Source of the DNA: an uncultured Clostridia bacterium
GTDB taxonomy: Bacteria; Bacillota; Clostridia; Christensenellales; UBA1242
NCBI GenBank assembly: GCA_944384425.1
Contig: CALWTI010000002.1
Location: forward strand, 448-64,447
Direction: 5' to 3'
Length of the DNA stretch: 64,000 bases
In this document: positions 18,704-26,735 of the stretch, piece by piece
Layout of the letters: every line of letters begins with the position of its first letter
How positions within the stretch are numbered: the first letter of the stretch is position 1
Made by a program: the position numbers and the translations under genes
Notes under the pieces: generated by a model
Databases searched by the model: none
Told to the model about the DNA's origin: nothing
The model's input: the letters and a program-made list of their open reading frames with translations, nothing else

Positions 18704-18975
18704 TTACTATCTCCCTTGATGTTTTGAGGTAAAAAGTCATATCCGCCGTCATGCTTTGGCCCGCACCTAATTATTCTTTTAAAAGAAAGATATATTCCTT
18801 TAAAAACTCCAAACTCTTTTATTGCAAGGTATGAATATTTGGAGCATGAGGGGATATATCTGCAAGTGTGGGGAAGAAGTGGAGAGATGCACCACCTGTA
18901 TATGTTTACAAAAAACATACACAAAAGTTTAATTGGATATGACAAAACTTTAATCACTTTCGACATAAAGCCCAT
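18691..18975 (-). CDS. yidD: Membrane protein insertion efficiency factor YidD
   Basis: The motif ISPLLPHTCRYIPSCSKYSYLAIKEFG...RCGPKHDGGYDFLP is present. The true start may be the ATG at 18966 (MSKVIK). Confidence 0.85.
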   Translation of the reverse strand: MGFMSKVIKVLSYPIKLLCMFFVNIYRWCISPLLPHTCRYIPSCSKYSYLAIKEFGVFKGIYLSFKRIIRCGPKHDGGYDFLPQNIKGDSKWLI

Positions 18976-19297
18976 TTCTTTTTAAAATTTCCAACATATT
19001 TTGCCTTATCTCAAAATATGATTTTTCTTCAATACCTTTTTTAGCTGTGAAAACATAGTTGTATGATTTGTTGATATTTTTTAAAAGAGAAACAAAGCTC
19101 TCTCTAAGTCTTCTTTTAACTTTGTTTCTTACAACACTTTTCCCAATCTTTTTAGATACAGAAAAACCAACTTTAACTGTCCTTAGTTTTGTTTTCACGT
19201 ATGTCAAGGTTAGTAATTCATAACTCTTTGTTTCACCATGCTTATAAACATATATGAAATGTTTGTTTTTTCTAAGTCTGTTTTCACTTTTAATCAT
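18950..19297 (-). CDS. rnpA: Ribonuclease P protein component
   Basis: The 115 aa ORF is basic. KIGKSVVRNKVKRRLRE is present. It lies directly downstream of rpmH. Confidence 0.9.
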   Translation of the reverse strand: MIKSENRLRKNKHFIYVYKHGETKSYELLTLTYVKTKLRTVKVGFSVSKKIGKSVVRNKVKRRLRESFVSLLKNINKSYNYVFTAKKGIEEKSYFEIRQNMLEILKRNGLYVESD

Positions 19298-19301
19298 CTA
19301 G

Positions 19302-19442
19302 TTATGCCGCCAAAACTTTTCTGCCTCTGTTTCTTCTTCTCTTGAGAACGTTTCTACCACCTTGGGTACGCATTCTTTGCCTAAAACCGTGGACTTTTTG
19401 TCTTCTTCTCTTTTTAGGTTGATATGTTCTCTTCATAGCCAT
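19302..19442 (-). CDS. rpmH: 50S ribosomal protein L34
   Basis: This ORF is too short for the track. My translation is [46 protein letters not shown]. An RBS GGAGGA lies 9 nt upstream. Confidence 0.93.
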   Translation of the reverse strand: MAMKRTYQPKKRRRQKVHGFRQRMRTQGGRNVLKRRRNRGRKVLAA

Positions 19443-19527
19443 AATAAAAAATCCTCCTATTCTTTTTTGGTTTCACAAGTAGACCTAAGCGATAAAAAAC
19501 AAGAATAGTCTTTTGCAAAACTATTCT

Positions 19528-19556
19528 AGTATAAATTACAAATCTTTGTTTGTCAA
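19528..19556 (-). promoter_or_regulatory. Putative sigma-A promoter of rpmH-rnpA
   Basis: On the minus strand TTGACA (19556..19551), a 17 nt spacer and TATACT (19533..19528) are present. Confidence 0.55.
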
Positions 19557-19617
19557 TCAATTTCATTTGCACAAACAAAAACAAGCTTTCTTAAATAATA
19601 TACAAACAACAAAAAAA

Positions 19618-19736
19618 CAAGTGAGGCGAGGCTCGACATGTCGTGACACGCACGAGTTTAGTTTCCTAAACGACCGTGTGGCACGGCATGGCAGTAAACG
19701 AAGCAAGAAAAAATTTTTAATTTTTTCGGTCACGCA
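19618..19736 (-). repeat. Structured intergenic element, copy a (type I arms)
   Basis: The minus strand reads ...CTTCGTTTACTGC-CATGCCGTGCCACAC-GGTCGTTTAGGAAACTAAACTC-GTGCGTGTCACGACATG-TCGAGCCTCGCC. It lies between the dnaN stop and the rpmH promoter. Confidence 0.8.
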
Positions 19737-19749
19737 GTTTTTTTGTCTG

Positions 19750-20862
19750 TTAGTTTATCATTCTGACTGGCAATATAAGATATAGATATTGGTCATTATC
19801 ACTATCAACTGGCGTTATTGTGCAAGGGTTTGTTGGACCTTGGAAGTTGATTTTAACAAACTCGTCTGTTGTTACTCTGAAAACTTCCAAGAAGTATCTT
19901 GCGTTAAATGCAATGAGTAAGTCTTTTCCTTCCAAAACAACGCTTATCTTTTCTTTGATATTTCCTATGTCTGAGTTTGATGTCAAAAGCATTGTGTCTT
20001 CTTTTATATCGAACTTGACTAAGTTGTTTTGACCAATCTTTGAAAGTAGTGAAGCTCTTTCAAGTGCATCAACAAGCTGTGCCTTGTTTACTGTGATGAC
20101 TGTGTCTTTTGCCGATGCCATTATTATTTGTTTGTAGTTCAAAAATTCGCCTTCCAAAAGTCTTGTTATTATCTTTGTGTCACCTTGGTCAACCATAAGA
20201 AAGTTTTTGTTCACATACACATTCACTTGTTCGTCTGAGTCGTCCAAAAGTTTAGATATCTCTCTCAAAGATTTATCTGGCACTATGCAAGATGTTTCAA
20301 TGTTTGAATAGGTGAGTGGCTTTTTCGCAAGACTTAGTCTATATCCATCACTTGTGACTGCCTTTATGGTGTCGTGATTTATTTCAAGCAAACATCCACG
20401 AAGTATTGGACGAGAGTCGTCTATTGCAACTGAGAATATGACGCTGTTTATCAAGTCTTTAAGATTTATGTTGCTTATTCCAAAATACTCTTTTGAGTCC
20501 ATAAGGTTGATATCTGGATATTCTCTTTCAACAAAGCATTGAATGTATCCTTCACTGTCAAGATATTTTATTTTTAGTCCGTTGTTTTGTTCGAGTGTGA
20601 GTTCAATTTTGTCATTTGTCAATTTTTTGACATACTCAGAGAAGAATTTTCCTGGAACAACACAACTTCCTTCTTCTTTGACTTCGGCTTTTATCTTTTT
20701 TTCAATAGACAGTTCAAGGTCTGTTGAAAATAGCGTTAGTGTGTCATCTTCTGCAACAAGCTTTATTCCTTCTAAGATAGGGTTTGTTGTTTTTACCGCT
20801 ATCGCTTTGCTTACTTTAAGTACTGCATCAGCAAGGTCCAATCCTTCACAAATAATTTGCAT
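19750..20862 (-). CDS. dnaN: DNA polymerase III beta sliding clamp
   Basis: The 370 aa ORF begins MQIICEGLDLADAVLKVSKAIAVKTTNPILEGIKL and ends with LILPVRM. It lies downstream of dnaA. Confidence 0.93.
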   Translation of the reverse strand: MQIICEGLDLADAVLKVSKAIAVKTTNPILEGIKLVAEDDTLTLFSTDLELSIEKKIKAEVKEEGSCVVPGKFFSEYVKKLTNDKIELTLEQNNGLKIKYLDSEGYIQCFVEREYPDINLMDSKEYFGISNINLKDLINSVIFSVAIDDSRPILRGCLLEINHDTIKAVTSDGYRLSLAKKPLTYSNIETSCIVPDKSLREISKLLDDSDEQVNVYVNKNFLMVDQGDTKIITRLLEGEFLNYKQIIMASAKDTVITVNKAQLVDALERASLLSKIGQNNLVKFDIKEDTMLLTSNSDIGNIKEKISVVLEGKDLLIAFNARYFLEVFRVTTDEFVKINFQGPTNPCTITPVDSDNDQYLYLILPVRMIN

Positions 20863-20880
20863 TTTTTTACTTCCTTTTAA

Positions 20881-20932
20881 TTTTTTATTTTTTTATTTAA
20901 ATTGTTGTAGTATTAGTAATAGATGTGGATAT
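20881..20932. promoter_or_regulatory. Candidate oriC unwinding module: AT-rich tract, DnaA-trio-like repeats and a DnaA box
   Basis: The tract TTTTTTATTTTTTTATTTAAATTGTTG is followed by TAG TAT TAG TAA TAG (20908..20922). The box TGTGGATAT follows at 20924..20932. Further imperfect boxes are TGTGAATAC at 21003..21011 and TGTGCATAA at 21016..21024. Confidence 0.55.
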
Positions 20933-21056
20933 GTTAACTAAATTTTTGTCACACAATAAATTGTATTTATGGTATGCATTATCTCAAAAACTTTCCATAT
21001 GTTGTGAATACAAAATGTGCATAACTTGTTGATAAAAAATTATTTTTGTAAACATA

Positions 21057-22415
21057 TCAACATTTTTCACTTAATTGACTCTTTAAGTCGTTGACAATGG
21101 TCTTTGTTTTGTGGTCTTTTTTTATAAGTTCTGTTATCTTATCGCGGGAGTGAATGATTGTTGTGTGGTCTCTTCCACCGAACAATTTACCTATTGTCAC
21201 AAGTGGAATATCTAGCATTTCACTAATAAGGTAAATTGCCATCATTCTTGGTTCAACAATTTCTTTTGACTTTTTCTTGCCTGTTATTTCATTATAGCCA
21301 ATTGAGTAGTAGTCACAAACTGTTTGAATAATCATCTCAGGCGTAAGCTTTTCTTTTTTGACATCTATTTGTTCTTTTAAAGCCTCTTTTGCTTCTTCAA
21401 TTGTCGCACTCTTTTTGCCAAGTAATGTCGCAAAGAAGTACACTTTACTCAAAAGTCCTTCCATTTCACGAATGTTGGTGTCAACTTTCTCTGCAATAAA
21501 TTCAATCACATCGTCATCTATAAAGTATCTTTCAAGTTGTGCCTTTTTTCTAAGAATAGCAACCCTTGTTTCAAAGTCTGGCATTTGAATGTCTTGAATA
21601 AGTCCGCTTGTTAGTCTGCTGACAAGTCTGTCGGCAAGTGTTTCAATTTCTTTTGGTGGTCTATCTGATGAAATGATTATTTGCTTGTTTTGTTGATAAA
21701 GGTCGTTAAAGGTGTGGAAAAACTCTTCCTGTGTGCTTGTTCGTCCTGCAATGAATTGAATATCATCAACCATAAGAACGTCAAGGTTACGATATTTCTC
21801 TCTAAATTGTGCCGTGCCTTTGACTGAGCCTTTTTCTTTGTTTGTGCCAAGTGATTCAATGTAGTCATTTGTGAACTGGTCACAAGTGACATATTCAATT
21901 TTTAGTTTTGGGTTAGATTGCTTCAAATAGTTGCCAATTGCGTGAAGAAGGTGAGTTTTTCCAAGTCCAACGCCACCATATATAAATAGTGGGTTAAATT
22001 TATGCCCTGGGTTTTCTGCAACTGCACGTGCTGCCGCATAGCAAAATTGATTACTTTTTCCAACAATAAAGTTATCAAATGTGTATTTTGGGTTAAACAT
22101 CATCTTTTGTGATTCGTCGGGTTCAATAACTTTTTCTTGTGGTTTATTTTTTTTGAGATATTCTTCTTTTTCGTCTGGGTCAAGTACTTCAAAGCCTGTT
22201 CCTTCGCCAAACACACTTTCAATTGCCTCGGTCAATTCTTTTGAGTGGTTTTTGAGCAGTTGTCTTTTAGCAGAAGGTGAGTTTGCAACAAGCACAAGTT
22301 TGTCTTTATAGTCCAAAACTTCAAGCGTTTCAATCCATAATTCATATGAAACAAAACTAACCATGCTTTCAAGTTTTGAAAGAACGTTGTCCCACATTTG
22401 TTTTAAGTCTTGCAT
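21057..22415 (-). CDS. dnaA: Chromosomal replication initiator DnaA
   Basis: The Walker A region reads NPLFIYGGVGLGKTHLLHAIGN. The domain IV motif reads GGRDHTTIIHSRDKI. Confidence 0.96.
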   Translation of the reverse strand: MQDLKQMWDNVLSKLESMVSFVSYELWIETLEVLDYKDKLVLVANSPSAKRQLLKNHSKELTEAIESVFGEGTGFEVLDPDEKEEYLKKNKPQEKVIEPDESQKMMFNPKYTFDNFIVGKSNQFCYAAARAVAENPGHKFNPLFIYGGVGLGKTHLLHAIGNYLKQSNPKLKIEYVTCDQFTNDYIESLGTNKEKGSVKGTAQFREKYRNLDVLMVDDIQFIAGRTSTQEEFFHTFNDLYQQNKQIIISSDRPPKEIETLADRLVSRLTSGLIQDIQMPDFETRVAILRKKAQLERYFIDDDVIEFIAEKVDTNIREMEGLLSKVYFFATLLGKKSATIEEAKEALKEQIDVKKEKLTPEMIIQTVCDYYSIGYNEITGKKKSKEIVEPRMMAIYLISEMLDIPLVTIGKLFGGRDHTTIIHSRDKITELIKKDHKTKTIVNDLKSQLSEKC

Positions 22416-22456
22416 TTATTTCTCCATGTTAATTATATATTAAACACCATAAGTTG

Positions 22457-23494
22457 TCAAACTTCGGTGTTTTGTTTTTTGGTCTTATCTTTTTTTTGCT
22501 TTTTTTCTTTATCTTTCTCTTTGTGTTTTTCTTTTTTCTCTTTTCTTTTTTGTTTATATGTTTTTACAAACTTTTCAAAAGCGTCAGGCTGATGTTCTTC
22601 AAGGGGTTTAACAGCCACTTTTTCATCTCTGACATCGAGAGGTTTTTCATTGAATGGCAAAACGACTTGGTCGTTTCTAAGTCTAACTTCAAGTTGGTTA
22701 TATGGCATTTGAATATTATCACGCTTGAACTCGTTAAAAACATTTTCCATAACATAGTAATATACATCCCAATAGTCTTCACCATAGCACCAGCAGTTTG
22801 AATATATGGATATACTGCTGTCACCAAGTTTTTCAAGCGCACAAAATGGTGCAGGGGTCAAAAGCACTTTGTTGCAACTTGTCATAACACTGAGAATTAC
22901 TTGCTTTGCTTTTTCAACATCGCTTGCATAGTCAATGCTAAAACTAAAAACAACTTTTCTTGTCTTGTTGTGACTGTAATTGATAAGTTCACTTCCAACA
23001 ACAGTGCTGTTTGGTATGCTTATTGTCTTGTTGTCAGTAGTTGTGATTATTGTGTGGAGCATATTTATTTCTTTGACTGTGCCTTCAACGTCGTCAATCT
23101 TTATGTAGTCGCCTTCATTAAAAGGACGAGTTGTTATTATCACCACGCCGTTTGCAAGGTTTGAAAGACTGTCTTGCATTGCAAGAGAAAGAGCAAGTCC
23201 AGCCGCAGAGATAACTGCAATAAAGCCAGTGATTGGTATCCCGATGATTTGACAAATTGCAATCAAAAGTAGCATATATAGCGAAAATTTGATAACTGTC
23301 AACAAAAATTTTGCCGTGACAGATGGCATTTTGGTTTTTGAGAATATTTTTCTCAATAGTTTAACAACTAGTTTGATGACGATAAATCCCAGTATAAAAA
23401 CGCCTATGCATTGAAGTATGTTAAGTCCAACAGTTTTTATTATATTAACAGCTTCATCTTTTAGTGCGTTCCAGTCTATTAAAAGTAAACTCAT
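22457..23494 (-). CDS. MscS-family mechanosensitive channel with a K/E-rich C-terminal tail
   Basis: TM segments are followed by ITTRPFNEGDYIKIDDVEGTVKEINMLHTIITTTDNKTISIPNS, the MscS beta domain. The tail reads KQKRKEKKEKHKEKDKEKKQKKDK. Confidence 0.85.
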   Translation of the reverse strand: MSLLLIDWNALKDEAVNIIKTVGLNILQCIGVFILGFIVIKLVVKLLRKIFSKTKMPSVTAKFLLTVIKFSLYMLLLIAICQIIGIPITGFIAVISAAGLALSLAMQDSLSNLANGVVIITTRPFNEGDYIKIDDVEGTVKEINMLHTIITTTDNKTISIPNSTVVGSELINYSHNKTRKVVFSFSIDYASDVEKAKQVILSVMTSCNKVLLTPAPFCALEKLGDSSISIYSNCWCYGEDYWDVYYYVMENVFNEFKRDNIQMPYNQLEVRLRNDQVVLPFNEKPLDVRDEKVAVKPLEEHQPDAFEKFVKTYKQKRKEKKEKHKEKDKEKKQKKDKTKKQNTEV

Positions 23495-23675
23495 AATTTC
23501 TCCTTTGTATCACCATTATTGTATTATTATGTGCATAATTTGTCAAAAAAAAGTCACAGTGATGGCGAAAAACTTGATTTGTGATATGGTAAAGACTTTA
23601 AGAGTGTTATTTGATTGACATGACAATAAAAAACATTTATAGTAAAAATACAACAAATGATAAGGAAGGATAATT

Positions 23676-23942
23676 ATGGACGAAGATGAAGAGTTAAATT
23701 ACAGATATGACACACAACTTTTGATTGACGGAAAAGACTTGGACGAAGACAAGATAAAAGACTACTTCAACAAAAACTTTGTTGGAGATTGTTTGCTTGT
23801 CGTCGGCGACAGTGAACTTATAAAAATTCACTATCACACAAACGAGCCATGGAAAGTACTTGAATATTGTTCAACACTTGGCGAGATATACGACATAGTG
23901 GTGGAGGATATGTTTCGTCAAGCTAAAGGTCTCCAAGGCTAA
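23676..23942 (+). pseudogene. Isolated fragment of a DAK2/YloV-family gene (88 codons)
   Basis: GDCLLVVGDSELIKIHYHTNEPWKVLEYCSTLGEIYDIVVEDMFRQ matches the segment at the end of the Dak2 domain in YloV-like proteins, which are about 550 aa. Neither the N-terminal Dak2 part nor the C-terminal half is present. Confidence 0.55.
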
Positions 23943-23946
23943 AAAA

Positions 23947-24070
23947 ACACAAAATTGTGGGCGAATACTTTGTTTCTGGTGGGCAACCCTCACACAGTCA
24001 CGTACGAAGTACGCTCGTGCGTGAGGGTACCCACCGAGCCTCGTCTTCTCCTCACAATTTTGTGTTTTTT
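23947..24070 (+). repeat. Structured intergenic element, copy b (type III arms, swapped mini-hairpin)
   Basis: The outer stem pairs ACACAAAATTGTG with CACAATTTTGTGT and is followed by a T-run. The core reads GCGAATACTTTGTTTCTG-GTGGGCAACCCTCACAC-AGTCA-CGTAC-GAA-GTACG-CTC-GTGCGTGAGGGTACCCAC-CGAGCCTCGTC. Confidence 0.8.
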
Positions 24071-24182
24071 ACTTAATATTTACATATCTACGAAAAATCT
24101 ATGCAAAATTGTGCCGAAAGTGCAGTTTTTGACCCAAGACTAGTCTTACTTGTTTTTCGGCTTTTTTTATGTATAAATAAAA

Positions 24183-24296
24183 CTTCGTAATACGTCGTTT
24201 ACTGCCATGCCGTGCCACACAGTCGTTTAGGAAGTTAAACTCGTGCGTGTCACGACATGTCGAGCTTCGTCTTCTCCTCACAATTTTGTGTTTTTT
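24183..24296 (+). repeat. Structured intergenic element, copy c (type I arms)
   Basis: The sequence reads CTTCGTAATACGTCGTTTACTGC-CATGCCGTGCCACAC-AGTCGTTTAGGAAGTTAAACTC-GTGCGTGTCACGACATG-TCGAGCTTCGTC. Confidence 0.8.
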
Positions 24297-24410
24297 ACTT
24301 AATATTTACATATCTACGAAAAACATATGAAAAGTGTGCCGAAAGTGCAGTTTTTGACCCAAGATTAGTCTTACTTGTTTTTTGACAGTTTGTTTTTTTT
24401 GTTTCAAAAC

Positions 24411-24504
24411 GGCGCGATACTTTGTTTACTGCAAAACGCCCCAAAACAGTCATTTAGGTAAAACTAAACTCCTGCTTTGGGGCATTTTGCGAGCCTCGTC
24501 TTCT
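24411..24504 (+). repeat. Structured intergenic element, copy d (type II arms)
   Basis: The sequence reads GGCGCGATACTTTGTTTACT-GCAAAACGCCCCAAAACAG-TCATTTAGGTAAAACTAAACTC-CTGCTTTGGGGCATTTTGC-GAGCCTCGTC. Confidence 0.8.
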
Positions 24505-24586
24505 AACAAACAAAAAACTTCGTAATATGGTATTTGTTTATTCTTTTAGAATGTAGAATGTTTTTTATTGTAATAAAAGCATTTTT

Positions 24587-26572
24587 TTATTTTATAAAAT
24601 TTGTAAGAGTATCGCTGTATGTTACATAAAGTCCGTGAAGAGCACGGGTGCAGGCGACATACAAATTTTGTTTATCTAGTTTTGTATTGTAATTTGATTG
24701 GCTTGCATCTTTAATAATAACACGGTCATATTCAAGACCTTTACTTAAAAATGTTGTTGTTATTATTTTATTAGATGTCAAAAGACAATCATTTTTTTCG
24801 TCTTCAATCAAAGCAAAATCACTAAACAATTTTTTTGTTTGTTTTGCTTGGCTTAGAGTTTTTGTTATTATTGCAATCTTGTCATTTTTATACTTTTCGC
24901 ATAAATTATTTACAAAGCTTACAAACTCCTCATCGGTTTTTAAGTTCAATACTTGTGGTTTTTCGCCATGCCTTACAAGGTGAGAAGAGTGTGGACTTTC
25001 AATAATTTTTTGAGAAAATTCAATTATTTCTTGTGTGGAGCGATAGCTTATGTCTAACTTATCAACTTTTGTTGTTGGAAATATTCGTGAAAGCATTTCA
25101 AGGTTACATTGGCATGACAAAAGATTTTGGTTAAAGTCGCCTGCAAGTGTCATCACTGAGTTAGGATATATTTCTCTTAATAGGAATATAGAAAAGCAAT
25201 CATAATCTTGCATTTCATCAACAAATATGTGTTTTATGTAATAATTTTTCTTAATGCCGTTAAGCTTGTAGTTTAAATAACAATAAATAGAAACATCTTC
25301 ATATGCTGGCATTTTTTCATCATAGTGAAAACCTTTTTGTTCGTAAAGCTTAGACATAAGAGTGTTTGTATCAAGACTTTTTAAATAGCCTAGCGCTTTG
25401 TTTTGAATTTTTTGAAGGTCTTTATCTAAAATTTTTGGGAAGTTTTTAACAAGTGCCATATGCAGAGTGTTTTCAATTCTTGTCTTTATGTCAGACGAAG
25501 GCTTTAAGTTCAAACTTGAAAAAATTTCTTTTGGTATTGAGATATTACACTTTTCAAGAGCCATAGTTATGTAAGGGGTAATATCAAACTTCTCCAAAAA
25601 ATCATTTACTTCATCAAAAAATTTTATTGAATATTTGATGTCAATTTCTTTTCTTCTTTTTTCGCTTAAAAATTGCTGTTCAATCATATCAAGTTTGCTA
25701 GCAAACTCTTTTGGAGTTAATCCAATCTCTCCAAAAACCCAAGTGATTGGACAAGCCAAAACATTTTCTTCGCCAAGTTCTGGCAAAAGTTCGCCTATGT
25801 ATTTAGAAAAAAGTCTATTTGGAGAAATAACCATTATGTTTTGACTGGTTATTTCACCGCGGTTGCTAAACAATATATATGAAATTCTGTGCATTGCAAT
25901 AGAAGTTTTGCCAGAGCCTGCGATACCGTCAATAATGACGCTTTCTGACGGCGGTTTTCTTATGATTGCATTTTGTTCGCTTTGAATAGTTTGAACAATG
26001 TTGTGCATATATGATGATGTGTTTTGACTCAACATCTCTTGCAAAAAGTTGTCATCTATTTTTGTATCAGTGTCGACATAGTAAACAATTTGGTTTGGCT
26101 TTAATCTAAATTGTCTTTTAAGTGTCAAATCAACAAATATTTCACCCATTGGAGCAAGGTAACTTGTCTTGCCAAGGGACGAGAAGTAAAGAAGTGAAGC
26201 GACGGGAGTACGCCAGTCAATGACATAGGGAAAGTTGTCCTTTTTGACGCCTTTAAGTCCAACATAAAAATCGCGGTTAATAGAGTCTTGAGAAAAACAA
26301 ATTCGTGCAAAAAATGGCTTTGGCAATACTTTTTGGAAAAAAGATTTTTCCTTTTCTAATTCCGAAGCCGAATTGTCGTTTTTGTTTATGTAGCTATATG
26401 CTTGTTTAAGTTCTCCGGCATCGAGGTTGTTTGAACTTATATATTCAAGCATACTTTTAATATCATCTCTTCTTTTTTGAATAGACGAAGTTAAAGTAGT
26501 AATATCATTATTTATTAAACCTTGCACAAAAACAAGATTTTTTTGTTCATTTGACAAAACGCTTTCATCCAT
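24587..26572 (-). CDS. helD: UvrD-like SF1 helicase, HelD (helicase IV) type
   Basis: The N-terminal HelD-type segment reads FFARICF...YVGLKGV...VIDWRTPVASLLY. The Walker A reads IIDGIAGSGKTSIAMHR. The C-terminal motif reads NLYVACTRALHGLYV. Confidence 0.75.
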   Translation of the reverse strand: MDESVLSNEQKNLVFVQGLINNDITTLTSSIQKRRDDIKSMLEYISSNNLDAGELKQAYSYINKNDNSASELEKEKSFFQKVLPKPFFARICFSQDSINRDFYVGLKGVKKDNFPYVIDWRTPVASLLYFSSLGKTSYLAPMGEIFVDLTLKRQFRLKPNQIVYYVDTDTKIDDNFLQEMLSQNTSSYMHNIVQTIQSEQNAIIRKPPSESVIIDGIAGSGKTSIAMHRISYILFSNRGEITSQNIMVISPNRLFSKYIGELLPELGEENVLACPITWVFGEIGLTPKEFASKLDMIEQQFLSEKRRKEIDIKYSIKFFDEVNDFLEKFDITPYITMALEKCNISIPKEIFSSLNLKPSSDIKTRIENTLHMALVKNFPKILDKDLQKIQNKALGYLKSLDTNTLMSKLYEQKGFHYDEKMPAYEDVSIYCYLNYKLNGIKKNYYIKHIFVDEMQDYDCFSIFLLREIYPNSVMTLAGDFNQNLLSCQCNLEMLSRIFPTTKVDKLDISYRSTQEIIEFSQKIIESPHSSHLVRHGEKPQVLNLKTDEEFVSFVNNLCEKYKNDKIAIITKTLSQAKQTKKLFSDFALIEDEKNDCLLTSNKIITTTFLSKGLEYDRVIIKDASQSNYNTKLDKQNLYVACTRALHGLYVTYSDTLTNFIK

Positions 26573-26735
26573 ATCTTGATAATATCAAAAAATAGTGTTC
26601 TTGACAACAATGATTTTTGGCATATGTAAAAATATTATTAAAAATTATAAAAAAAATAGGGCGCTACAATAAGTGCCTATTTTTAATTATATATATGATA
26701 ATTATATTTATTTATATATATCTTATTAAATATGT

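Noticed and set aside
19513-19785. A conserved peptide (RGSTCRDTHEF-FLND-VARHGSKR) appears in ORFs 19513..19785, 24099..24281 and 45760..46101, which could suggest a small repeated gene
   Set aside because: The similarity is a by-product of translating the repeat element. Copies with other arm types (for example 42507..42656) have stop codons in that frame. The variation between copies preserves base pairing rather than amino acids.
22410-22842. Track ORFs 22410..22592, 22454..22801 (+) and 22564..22842 (-)
   Set aside because: The plus-strand ORFs are phenylalanine-rich mirror images of the K/E-rich MscS tail. All three overlap the well-supported MscS gene.
23947-24545. CRISPR array
   Set aside because: The period is about 226 bp. 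The conserved part is 121 bp long and the variable part is a self-complementary hairpin. No cas genes are in the window.
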